The notes under the pieces: model-generated
Databases searched by the model: none
The model's input: only the letters and a program-made list of their open reading frames with translations
What the model was told of the DNA's origin: nothing
In this document: piece by piece, positions 55,341-64,000 of the stretch
How the letters are laid out: each line of letters starts with the position of its first letter
How positions within the stretch are numbered: the stretch's first letter is position 1
Position numbers and translations under genes: made by a program
Assembly: GCA_030531005.1 (NCBI GenBank)
Contig: JAUMTW010000004.1
Span: forward strand, 170,917 to 234,916
Length of the DNA stretch: 64,000 nt
DNA from: Corynebacterium sp.
Lineage (GTDB): Bacteria > Actinomycetota > Actinomycetes > Mycobacteriales > Mycobacteriaceae
Reading direction: 5' to 3'

Positions 55341-56732
55341 CTACCAGAGGTAGACGTCTTCTGGGATGCGATTCGGGTTCGCTGACTTCGCCGCTTCTGC
55401 CCCGGCCTTCGCCCCACCATTACCGATCGCATTGCTGCCATCGTCACTGGGCACGGTAGCCTCATCTGCGTATTCCTCCTCTACTTGTATCAGTGGAGTA
55501 AGAGCTTCCCAGATCTTTGCGGCCACGCTGAACTTCGAGGCAGTGGCAATGGGCACTTCTTCCCCACTAGCGAAAAGTACGGTTGCCGCGTTGATCTCCC
55601 GGCCAAAAACCTTACCAGCGGAAACATCGTTACAGATGAGCACATCACAACCCTTACGCTTGAGCTTCTTGCGCGCATAATCCACAGCTGTGCCCTGAGA
55701 ATCTCCGGTTTCGGCAGCAAAGCCGACTACGAGCTTTGCCTTGCCGGCAAGTGATGCCAGGATATCTGGGTTTTCTACCAAAGCAAGCTGGCTTAAAGCG
55801 TCATGGGATTGCGCCGATTCCTTCTTCAGCTTCACATCAGCGGCAGCTTTCGGCCGGAAGTCAGCAACAGCGGCGCTCATGATGACCACATCCGCATCTG
55901 GGGCGTGTTGGCTCATCGCGGTTGCGAGTTCACGAGCAGATGAGACCCGAATGAGTTCGACGCCATTAGGCACTGGTAGCTCTGCAGTATGTGCTGCGAT
56001 GAGTTCTACATGTGCCCCGCGTTGAGCTGCAACCTGGGCAAGCGCAAAACCTTGGCGCCCGGAGGAATCATTGCCAATAAAGCGCACGGGGTCAATACGC
56101 TCCCGGGTGCCTCCTGCACTAATGACCACACGCTTGCCGACAAGGTCATAATCAAAGCTGCCACCAGCGGCTAATCCATAGGCGAATTCTTGAATTTGTA
56201 CTGGATCGGGTAGGCGGCCGGGACCAGAATCTGCACCTGTTAAGCGCCCGTGAGCTGGCTCCATAACTATAATCCCACGCCGGCGTAGTGTGGCTACATT
56301 CTCTCGGGTCGCCGGATGGCGCCACATCTCCGTATGCATTGCTGGAGCCAGGAGTACCGGGCACGTCGCCATCAGTGCCGTAGCGGAAAGTAGGTCATCA
56401 GCGCGGCCTGCGACCAAACGAGCAATAACATCAGCGGTTGCCGGCGCAATGACCAGCAAGTCTGCTTGCTGCCCCACATGGACGTGTTGCACTTCATCAA
56501 CCTTGCTAAACACCGATGTATCCACTGGTTGGCTACTTAGCGCCTCGAGGGTAGCAGCGCCAATGAATTCTAAAGCGTTGGCAGTGGGAACAGCGCGTAC
56601 TGTATGACCATCTTCACGAAAGCGCCGGATAAGTTCGCACGCTTTATAGGCGGCGATACCCCCTGAGATGCCGACGACGATGCGCAGTGGGGTGTGGTAG
56701 GAACCAGTGGGAGGCACAGAAGTTGCGTTCAT
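55341..56732 (-). CDS. coaBC: Bifunctional phosphopantothenoylcysteine decarboxylase / synthetase CoaBC (Dfp), with a C-terminal Gly/Ala-rich extension of about 45 aa
   Basis: N-terminal flavoprotein motif (GISGGIAAYK) and a CoaB domain. Confidence 0.9.
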   Translation of the reverse strand: MNATSVPPTGSYHTPLRIVVGISGGIAAYKACELIRRFREDGHTVRAVPTANALEFIGAATLEALSSQPVDTSVFSKVDEVQHVHVGQQADLLVIAPATADVIARLVAGRADDLLSATALMATCPVLLAPAMHTEMWRHPATRENVATLRRRGIIVMEPAHGRLTGADSGPGRLPDPVQIQEFAYGLAAGGSFDYDLVGKRVVISAGGTRERIDPVRFIGNDSSGRQGFALAQVAAQRGAHVELIAAHTAELPVPNGVELIRVSSARELATAMSQHAPDADVVIMSAAVADFRPKAAADVKLKKESAQSHDALSQLALVENPDILASLAGKAKLVVGFAAETGDSQGTAVDYARKKLKRKGCDVLICNDVSAGKVFGREINAATVLFASGEEVPIATASKFSVAAKIWEALTPLIQVEEEYADEATVPSDDGSNAIGNGGAKAGAEAAKSANPNRIPEDVYLW

Positions 56733-56870
56733 AAGAATGTGTAGCTGTAAGGCGCTGAGTCAATGATCCGGCGCAAGGGTTGCAAGGTGGGTGGAATGAT
56801 TATCGGGGCAGCTCACGAACTTGATCGTAGACGTGCGACGTTTGAAAATCCGCAATAGTGCTGCTTATGG

Positions 56871-56922
56871 ATATGCAAAAGGTGCGCGCCCTTTTTCTTA
56901 AATCATAAAAAGGGCACGCACC
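56871..56922 (-). terminator. Rho-independent terminator downstream of rpoZ (minus strand), likely bidirectional
   Basis: GGTGCGCGCCCTTTTT-10 nt-AAAAAGGGCACGCACC. The minus-strand transcript continues TTTTGCATAT. Confidence 0.75.
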
Positions 56923-56943
56923 CGATAGCTGCTTATCCTCGCA

Positions 56944-57237
56944 TTAACCTTCGACGTGGTCGAGTAGGCCAGCTTCAATCTCGCGCAAAGCGATGGACAA
57001 AGGCTTCTCGCCTTGTTCTGGGGTGACCAGTGGGCCTACGAATTCGAAGACACCTGGCTCTTCCTGCTGGTAGAAGCTGTTGATTTGACGAGCACGCTTA
57101 GCCGCGAAGATGACCAAGGCGTACTTGGAAGATACATGCTTGAGCAGCTCGTCAATTGGAGGAGCGGTAATGCCCACTGGTGGGTCAAATACCTTGTCGT
57201 TTTCAGCGATTACGTCAGTCACGTTGCTTTTAAGCAC
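56944..57237 (-). CDS. rpoZ: DNA-directed RNA polymerase subunit omega
   Basis: [32 protein letters not shown] matches the RpoZ core. Confidence 0.8.
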   Translation of the reverse strand: MLKSNVTDVIAENDKVFDPPVGITAPPIDELLKHVSSKYALVIFAAKRARQINSFYQQEEPGVFEFVGPLVTPEQGEKPLSIALREIEAGLLDHVEG

Positions 57238-57314
57238 CTTTTCTGTGTGGGGTGTAATCCCCCGCTCGAATGAGTTCTATTCTTTCGGCCTAGCTTATGG
57301 AAGGCGTTACAGCC

Positions 57315-57884
57315 TTAAAGGCCAAAAACCGTGCGGAATTCCGCAATAGTCTGATCTAGGTCATCATTGACAATAACATGTTTGAACTCGTTTTGCGCGG
57401 CCAATTCAGTGCGCGCTGTTTCGAGGCGACGTTCGATGACCTCCGCAGACTCAGTACCGCGCCCACGCAGGCGCTCTTCAAGTGCTTCCTGCGATGGTGG
57501 GGCTAGGAATACCGTTTCTGCCTCAGGCTTTAAGGCTGCAATCGCGCGCGCACCAACCAAATCCACTTCAATGAGCACTGGGCGTCCAGCTGCAAGAGCC
57601 TCTTCGACCGGGGCAGCTGGGGTGCCAGAGCGTTGCAGACCGCCATGAATGTCAGCCCATTCCAACATCGCACCTTCATCGATGCGCTTTTGGAATTCCT
57701 CCGGAGTGACGAAGAAATAATCAACGCCATCGACTTCACCAGGGCGCGGGTCCCGAGTAGTCATGGAGACACTGAAGTAGAGATTGGGGATTTCGGCACG
57801 AAGGCGATGCACCACCGTGGATTTCCCTACAGCGGAAGGTCCAAGGACAACTACCATGCGGGGTTGTGGAGTATCGCCAACCAT
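57315..57884 (-). CDS. gmk: Guanylate kinase
   Basis: P-loop GPSAVGKST and the guanylate-kinase signature. Confidence 0.9.
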   Translation of the reverse strand: MVGDTPQPRMVVVLGPSAVGKSTVVHRLRAEIPNLYFSVSMTTRDPRPGEVDGVDYFFVTPEEFQKRIDEGAMLEWADIHGGLQRSGTPAAPVEEALAAGRPVLIEVDLVGARAIAALKPEAETVFLAPPSQEALEERLRGRGTESAEVIERRLETARTELAAQNEFKHVIVNDDLDQTIAEFRTVFGL

Positions 57885-57887
57885 GAA

Positions 57888-58217
57888 TTAAGCCTCTTCT
57901 ACCTCGAAGCCGAAACGCTCCAGGAGGGCACGGCGCTGGCGCTCACCCAGGCCGCGCAGACGACGGGTCTGAGCGATCTCGAGGTCATCCATGATTTCCT
58001 TCGCCTTGACCTTACCAACCTTTGGCAGGGACTCCAGCAAAGCAGAAACCTTGGTCTTGCCGATGATCTCATCAGTGGAAGCCTTGTCGAGAACTTCCTT
58101 CAAGGTAATGTCGCCGCGCTTAAGCTGCTCCTTGAGTTCAGCGCGAGCCTTACGGGCCTCAGCAGCCTTCGCAAGAGCTTCCTTACGCTGTTCATCAGTC
58201 AACTGGGGAAGTGGCAC
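57888..58217 (-). CDS. mihF: Integration host factor MihF (actinobacterial mIHF)
   Basis: 109 aa. Its position immediately upstream of gmk and rpoZ is the conserved one (Rv1388-like). Confidence 0.85.
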   Translation of the reverse strand: MPLPQLTDEQRKEALAKAAEARKARAELKEQLKRGDITLKEVLDKASTDEIIGKTKVSALLESLPKVGKVKAKEIMDDLEIAQTRRLRGLGERQRRALLERFGFEVEEA

Positions 58218-58617
58218 GGGGTTTCCTCCGATTCAAGATATTTGTTTGATTTCTAGATTTGGCTTACAGCGTGTGCAAACCGTACTGGCGGTTTACCCTA
58301 CACCATTCACCTGCAGTTCGCATATTGCGCCAGTAGGTGCTTTCTGTTCTGCTAGCGGTGTTAAAAACCGCTGTAAGCAGGCGAGCTGTAAACACAACTA
58401 CAAGACTCTAGCACTAAACCGCCTGGAGTAATGCATTTTGCACAAAATCTTGCATTATCAACGTTTCTCAATAGTCCCATAACTCTCAGCAGTAATCTGG
58501 GGTATTGATTATTCACACTGATTGTACAATCTTTGGATGACTACCTGGAGTTATAAGTATCAAGTTTCGTCTTGTTGAACAGCAGTAATTGGTGCTTCCC
58601 CTTAGCCTTCTTACGGT

Positions 58618-58653
58618 TTCACCACAGCGCTACAATTCACCACAGCGCTACAT
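58618..58653. repeat. Perfect tandem direct repeat, 2 x 18 nt (TTCACCACAGCGCTACA-A/T), in the long mihF upstream region
   Basis: Read directly: ttcaccacagcgctacaA|ttcaccacagcgctacaT. Confidence 0.8.
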
Positions 58654-58820
58654 ATTTCGTGTACAGCCTCGGAAGCCCCCAAATGGGCGGTAGCTTGCCA
58701 CATACAGCAATAACAGCAGCTCTAGCACAGTGCTGCTGTTACCGTGAGAATGCGGCGCATGCTGTTAATACCCTAGAAAGTGGCCCTCCCCACCGTACGG
58801 CTTGCAAAGCACGTACGAGG

Positions 58821-59657
58821 CTAGCATGCAGCCTGCGATGCGGCTTGATTCGCCGCCACTTGCTGCTCAATAGCTGCACGAAGGTCTGCTTCATTCGGAC
58901 CTGCCTGCAAAATAGCACGAGAAACATTGGGCACCGCTACGGCAGTTGAGCCTGCAACCAATCTTGCGACATCAGCAAAGCTTGCCCCCTGGGCACCCAC
59001 GCCGGGCATCAGTATTGGCCCACCGAGGTTAGTGATATCTGGCAGTTTCTCCAAGGTTGCGCCAAGCACAACACCAAGTTGCCCCTGATGATGTCCTGCA
59101 TTCCACTTCCCTACTTCATCAACGATGTGCTGGGACACGCTCAGCCCTGCTTCATCGCTAAAGTTTTGCAGGTAGCGGGCCTCCGGATTAGAGGTAGCAG
59201 CAAGCACGAAGACACCGCGTGCATGTTCTTCTGCAAGGTCAACAACAGGATCTAGGGCGTGAAAACCCATAAATGGTGTTACCGTTACGGCATCAGAAGA
59301 CAGTGCTGCATGCGGGTCTAACCAGGCGCGGGCATAGCCTTGCATGGTTGAACCAATATCCCCGCGCTTAGCATCAGCGATGACAATAATGCCGGCCTCT
59401 CGCAAGGCACCAATTGTTTCTTCGAGCACTGCAAAGCCATCAGAACCAAATTGCTCATAAAAGGCTACCTGGGGTTTGACGATACCCACGCGGCCACGAC
59501 ATGCTGCAACTACCTGCCGACTGAATGTTCGCAACCCCGTCACATCACAGCGTAATCCCCAGCTTTCCAGCAAGTGTGGGTGTGGGTCGATACCTACGCA
59601 CAAGCTGCTATATTCAGCGATTACGGCCTGTAAGCGCTCACTAAAATTTTGAGTCAT
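58821..59657 (-). CDS. pyrF: Orotidine-5'-phosphate decarboxylase (long actinobacterial type 2)
   Basis: 278 aa; downstream of carB, as in the pyr operon. Confidence 0.9.
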   Translation of the reverse strand: MTQNFSERLQAVIAEYSSLCVGIDPHPHLLESWGLRCDVTGLRTFSRQVVAACRGRVGIVKPQVAFYEQFGSDGFAVLEETIGALREAGIIVIADAKRGDIGSTMQGYARAWLDPHAALSSDAVTVTPFMGFHALDPVVDLAEEHARGVFVLAATSNPEARYLQNFSDEAGLSVSQHIVDEVGKWNAGHHQGQLGVVLGATLEKLPDITNLGGPILMPGVGAQGASFADVARLVAGSTAVAVPNVSRAILQAGPNEADLRAAIEQQVAANQAASQAAC

Positions 59658-59861
59658 TTCTCTTCCACTTTCTTCTCTACCGCCTCACTACCTGAGACAC
59701 TCCACTTACACATCAACAACAACACGGAGTAGTCGACAACCACACCACTAGGCTAACAACCAGCGAAAACCGAAGTCATTGGTATAACTGCCGCGCTGGG
59801 TGTAGCTCATTGCGGCGCGCACTCTACACACACCCGATGCACGCCCCCTCAGGTGCGGACA

Positions 59862-59898
59862 AAGGGCCCATAGCTTCGTTCAATCACTATGGGCCCTT
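59862..59898 (-). other. Perfect 12-bp inverted repeat in the carB-pyrF spacer (attenuator or partial terminator candidate)
   Basis: AAGGGCCCATAG-13 nt-CTATGGGCCCTT; no U-tract. Confidence 0.5.
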
Positions 59899-59926
59899 CA
59901 CTCTTACGCGCGCATCAACGGCGAAA

Positions 59927-62900
59927 CTATGCCTTGTAGTCCAGCTCTTGTAAGGCAGTGACGGTCACTGCATCACGGCGCAAAGCTTCAATACCTTGCA
60001 CCGCGGCAGTCACGCCTTGCACCGTGGTGACCAATGGCACCCCAGCATTTACCGCAGCGGCACGGATCTCATAACCATCGTTGCGAGCACCGGAAGAACC
60101 AGCCGGGGTATTCAAAATCAGATCCACTTTGCCCTCGTGGATAAGGTCGACGATGGACTTACGCTGCTCATCATCGCGTACCTCATACTGCTTGCGCACG
60201 ACCTCACAAGGCACACCGTTACGACGCAGCATTGCCGCTGTGCCGCTGGTTGCCAGGATGGTAAAGCCCAGGGATTCCAGCCGCTGGATTGGGAATATCA
60301 GCGTACGCTTGTCGCGGTTGGCCACCGAGACGAATACCGTACCTTCGGTTGGCAGCGCTCCAAAAGCACCTTGTTCTGCCTTGGCATAGGCAGCACCGAA
60401 GTTGTTGGCTAGGCCCATAACCTCACCAGTAGACTTCATCTCTGGGCTAAGCAGCGTATCGAGCATGGAGCCGTCTGGACGACGGAAACGGTGGAATGGC
60501 AATACTGCTTCCTTTACCGCGATTGGGGCGTCCAGTGGCAACGATCCACCATCATAATTGCTTGGGATCATGCCCTCTTCGCGCAACTCTGCGATGGTAG
60601 AACCCGTCATGATTCGACTTGCCGCCTTAGCCAAGTGCACACCAGTTGCCTTAGAGACGAAAGGAACAGTACGCGAGGCACGTGGGTTCGCTTCAATCAC
60701 GTACAAGGTGTCATCTTTCAAGGCATACTGCACATTCATCAAGCCCTGCACTCCAATACCCTGCGCCAGAGCGATGGTTGACTGCCGAATCTTTTCAATG
60801 TCCTCATAGCCCAAGGTCATTGGGGGCAGTGCACAAGCAGAGTCACCAGAGTGGATGCCAGCTTCCTCAATGTGTTCCATCACGCCTGCCAGATAGACCT
60901 CTTCGCCATCACATAAGGCATCGACGTCGATCTCAATGGCGCTATCTAAGAAGCGGTCCACGAGCACTGGGTGATCCGAGGTGATCTCGGTAGCGCGCTC
61001 AATATAGGACGCTAGGGCTTGCTCATCATAAACGATTTCCATGCCACGGCCACCCAAAACATACGATGGGCGCACGAGCACTGGGTAGCCGATAGAATTG
61101 GCTACTTCCTTAGCCTCAACAAATGAGGTTGCCGTACCGAAGGCTGGTGCTGGCAGCTGGGCTGCTTCGAGTACTTTTCCGAACTCACCACGGTCTTCCG
61201 CAGCATCGATAGCTTCTGGGCTGGTACCAATAACCGGAACACCAGCATCTCGTAAGCGCTCTGCCAGGCTTAATGGGGTCTGACCACCAAGCTGGACGAG
61301 GACGCCAGCAACATTGCCGGAAGCCTGTTCTGCGTGGAAAACCTCCATGACGTCTTCGAAGGTCAAAGGTTCGAAGTAAAGGCGGTCTGCGGTGTCATAG
61401 TCCGTGGAAACGGTCTCTGGGTTGCAGTTAATCATCACGGTCTCGTAGCCCACGCGTGAGAGCTCCAGGGCTGCGTGCACGCAAGAGTAGTCAAACTCAA
61501 TTCCTTGGCCAATCCGGTTCGGGCCAGAGCCTAAGATGATGATCTTCTCCTTCTCCTCTTGGGGGGCAACCTCAGACTCAGCGGCAGGGTCCAACTCATA
61601 GGAGGAGTAATAGTACGGCGTCTGAGCTTCGAATTCAGCAGCACAGGTGTCAACAGTCTTAAAGACAGGGCGGATTCCCAGCGACCACCGTAAGGTACGC
61701 ACGCCATCTTCACCGGCAAACTCAGGGCGTAGTACTGCAATTTGCTGGTCAGAAAGGCCGTAATACTTTGCGCGGCGCAGTAACGCCTCATCAAGAACTG
61801 GAGCGGATTCCAATTCGTTGCGGAAAGCAACCAGATTTTCCAGCTCAGCAAGGAACCATGGGTCAATGCCAGATGCCTTGTAGACTTCTTCCACACTGGC
61901 ACCTAAGCGCAGGGCAAGTTCAGCATCATACATGCGACCTTGCGTTGGGCGGCGTAGGTCGTTGAGCACCGCCTGCTTATCGGTGGCACGCGCACCAGCG
62001 AAGTACGTATCTGGTTGGGTCCAGAATCCAGCTTGCTTATTTTCCAGCGAGCGCATGACTTTACCTAAGGCGCTGATGTAGTTACGTCCTAAGGCCATGG
62101 CCTCACCCACGGACTTCATGGTGGTGGTGAGGGTATCATCGGCACCAACAAACTTCTCGAAGGCAAAGCGAGGCGCCTTCACAACCACGTAATCCAAGGT
62201 TGGTTCGAAGGCTGCTGGGGTAACACCAGTGATGTCGTTGGTGATTTCGTCCAGGGTATAGCCAATGGCCAGTTTGGCGGCAATCTTTGCGATCGGGAAA
62301 CCGGTTGCCTTGGACGCTAACGCGGAGGACCGCGAGACACGTGGGTTCATCTCGATAATGATGATGCGGCCATCATCGGGGTTGATTGCAAACTGGATAT
62401 TACAGCCGCCGGTGTCCACACCAACTTCACGCAGCACAGCAATACCTTGATCGCGCATGACCTGGAATTCCCGATCAGTTAGCGTCATCGATGGAGCCAC
62501 AGTGACGGAGTCGCCTGTATGTACACCTAATGCATCAACGTTCTCAATGGAGCAAATGACCACAACGTTCCCGGAGCCATCACGCATCAGCTCTAACTCA
62601 TATTCTTTCCAGCCCAGGATAGATTCTTCGATGAGCACATTCGCTTCTGGGGATGCTGCCAATCCCCCACCGGCAATACGCTCCAAGTCCTTTTCGTCAA
62701 ATGCGAGACCGGAACCCAGACCGCCCATAGTAAAGGAAGGACGAACCACAACTGGCAAACCGAGGTCTGCGACTGCATCGTGTACTTCTTCCATGGAGTG
62801 GCACACCCGCGAGCGAGCAGATTCGCCACCGATGTGCGCAACGATATCCTTGAATTTCTGGCGATCCTCACCGCGCTCAATGGCATCAATGTCGGCACCG

Positions 62901-63262
62901 ATGAGCTCAACTCCATATTTCTGTAAGGACCCGCGGCGATCTAATTGGATGGCGGCGTTTAGTGCAGTCTGCCCGCCCAGGGTTGCCAGCACAGCATCAA
63001 TGGGGTGGCCTTGCTCGATCTCCTTTTCAAAGATCTTCTCGATGAACTCTGGGTAAATTGGCTCAACATAGGTATGATCGGCAAACTCTGGATCAGTCAT
63101 AATCGTGGCCGGGTTCGAGTTGATGAGCGTTACCCGCAGGCCTTCTTCTTTGAGCACGCGGCACGCCTGGGTACCGGAGTAATCGAACTCGCAGGCTTGT
63201 CCGATAACAATTGGGCCAGATCCGATAACCAATACGTGCTTGATATCATTGCGCTTTGGCAT
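59927..63262 (-). CDS. carB: Carbamoyl-phosphate synthase large subunit
   Basis: 1111 aa: two ATP-grasp halves and an MGS-like C-terminal domain. Confidence 0.95.
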   Translation of the reverse strand: MPKRNDIKHVLVIGSGPIVIGQACEFDYSGTQACRVLKEEGLRVTLINSNPATIMTDPEFADHTYVEPIYPEFIEKIFEKEIEQGHPIDAVLATLGGQTALNAAIQLDRRGSLQKYGVELIGADIDAIERGEDRQKFKDIVAHIGGESARSRVCHSMEEVHDAVADLGLPVVVRPSFTMGGLGSGLAFDEKDLERIAGGGLAASPEANVLIEESILGWKEYELELMRDGSGNVVVICSIENVDALGVHTGDSVTVAPSMTLTDREFQVMRDQGIAVLREVGVDTGGCNIQFAINPDDGRIIIIEMNPRVSRSSALASKATGFPIAKIAAKLAIGYTLDEITNDITGVTPAAFEPTLDYVVVKAPRFAFEKFVGADDTLTTTMKSVGEAMALGRNYISALGKVMRSLENKQAGFWTQPDTYFAGARATDKQAVLNDLRRPTQGRMYDAELALRLGASVEEVYKASGIDPWFLAELENLVAFRNELESAPVLDEALLRRAKYYGLSDQQIAVLRPEFAGEDGVRTLRWSLGIRPVFKTVDTCAAEFEAQTPYYYSSYELDPAAESEVAPQEEKEKIIILGSGPNRIGQGIEFDYSCVHAALELSRVGYETVMINCNPETVSTDYDTADRLYFEPLTFEDVMEVFHAEQASGNVAGVLVQLGGQTPLSLAERLRDAGVPVIGTSPEAIDAAEDRGEFGKVLEAAQLPAPAFGTATSFVEAKEVANSIGYPVLVRPSYVLGGRGMEIVYDEQALASYIERATEITSDHPVLVDRFLDSAIEIDVDALCDGEEVYLAGVMEHIEEAGIHSGDSACALPPMTLGYEDIEKIRQSTIALAQGIGVQGLMNVQYALKDDTLYVIEANPRASRTVPFVSKATGVHLAKAASRIMTGSTIAELREEGMIPSNYDGGSLPLDAPIAVKEAVLPFHRFRRPDGSMLDTLLSPEMKSTGEVMGLANNFGAAYAKAEQGAFGALPTEGTVFVSVANRDKRTLIFPIQRLESLGFTILATSGTAAMLRRNGVPCEVVRKQYEVRDDEQRKSIVDLIHEGKVDLILNTPAGSSGARNDGYEIRAAAVNAGVPLVTTVQGVTAAVQGIEALRRDAVTVTALQELDYKA

Positions 63263-63321
63263 GTGGAATTATTCTCCTGATAAGTAGTCGATGATGCAGC
63301 AAAAGTCGGGTGTGAGTGCGC

Positions 63322-64000
63322 CTATGCGCGGGCAGAACGTTGCTGCGCCATGAGCTCGACGAATTGGTCGAAAAGTGGATTAGCGTCATGCGGGCCAGCG
63401 GCCGCTTCTGGGTGGTACTGCACCGAGTACGCCAGCCCATTCGTCAAGGCAACGCCCTCTACTACCCCATCATTCAGACAGGTATGGGTGACATGTGCCA
63501 AACCAAAGTCAGTCTCGAATTCTTCGCCGGCCGTACCTTTTAACGCGAAACCATGATTTTGCGCAGTGATATCAATGCTCCCGGTAAGGTGGTTCTTGAC
63601 TGGCACGTTAATGCCGCGATGACCGAACTTTAGCTTGTAGGTCTCCATGCCAAAGGCACGACCTAAGATCTGGTTTCCAAAGCAGATGCCGAAGAATGGG
63701 ATCTTGGATGCCAGGACCTCACGGACGACCCCGACGATGCGATCAGCTGTTGCTGGGTCGCCTGGACCATTGGAAATAAACACACCGTCTGGGTTATACG
63801 CTTGGATATCTTCGAAGCTGGCCGTAGAGGGAACAACTACGGTGCGAATACCACGCTGGGAGAAGTTCCGTGGGGTTTGGGTCTTAATACCCATGTCGAA
63901 AGCAACGACAGTGTACTTTGTCTCCCCTTCTGCTTCAACCGTATAGGGTTCATCGACCGAAACTTCGGCGGACAAGTCGGCGCCAGCCATACTTGGCTGA
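63322..64000 (-). CDS. carA: Carbamoyl-phosphate synthase small subunit (glutamine amidotransferase). 5' end truncated by the window edge.
   Basis: GATase triad region (GICFGNQIL...H..E). The ORF is open to the end of the window. Confidence 0.85.
   Translation of the reverse strand, partial: QPSMAGADLSAEVSVDEPYTVEAEGETKYTVVAFDMGIKTQTPRNFSQRGIRTVVVPSTASFEDIQAYNPDGVFISNGPGDPATADRIVGVVREVLASKIPFFGICFGNQILGRAFGMETYKLKFGHRGINVPVKNHLTGSIDITAQNHGFALKGTAGEEFETDFGLAHVTHTCLNDGVVEGVALTNGLAYSVQYHPEAAAGPHDANPLFDQFVELMAQQRSARA

Overview
This is a high-GC actinobacterial chromosome segment of Corynebacterium type. It is almost entirely conserved core genes, and the synteny matches the C. glutamicum cg1764-cg1817 block and the M. 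tuberculosis Rv1388-Rv1475 block. Both strands were read.

Gene blocks, in window order:
- An NmrA-like oxidoreductase, followed by the conserved UPF0237 (ACT) and UPF0210 (DUF711) gene pair.
- On the minus strand, the complete actinobacterial suf operon sufR-sufB-sufD-sufC-sufS-sufU-sufT, followed by an ABC-F ATPase.
- Divergent from sufR, mptB with an ABC-2 exporter and ctaA. ctaB is convergent with ctaA.
- The pentose-phosphate operon tkt-tal-zwf-opcA-pgl on the plus strand.
- On the minus strand, secG and then gap-pgk-tpi in transcription order. tpi lies directly next to secG, with no ppc between them.
- A putP-putA proline-utilisation module on the plus strand, flanked by two AT-rich non-coding stretches of about 1 kb each. 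It sits between gap and whiA.
- A long minus-strand core block that ends with a truncated carA at the window edge: whiA, yvcK, rapZ, uvrC, a PH-domain membrane protein, ribH-ribBA-ribE-ribD, rpe, rsmB, fmt, def, priA, metK, coaBC, rpoZ, gmk, mihF, pyrF, carB and carA.

Non-coding features: several clean rho-independent terminators (downstream of ctaA, pgl, secG, rsmB and rpoZ) and inter-cistronic hairpins (downstream of gap, between tal and zwf, and between carB and pyrF), plus four short perfect tandem repeats. A perfect McbR-type operator (TAGAC-N6-GTCTA) lies in the metK leader.

I found no CRISPR array, tRNA, IS or phage element, and no obvious defence or toxin system. The only clearly accessory content is the putPA insertion. 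The most interesting signals are regulatory (the McbR site, the repeats, and the long non-coding leaders and spacers) and unusual protein extensions in RsmB, SufR, MptB and CoaBC.
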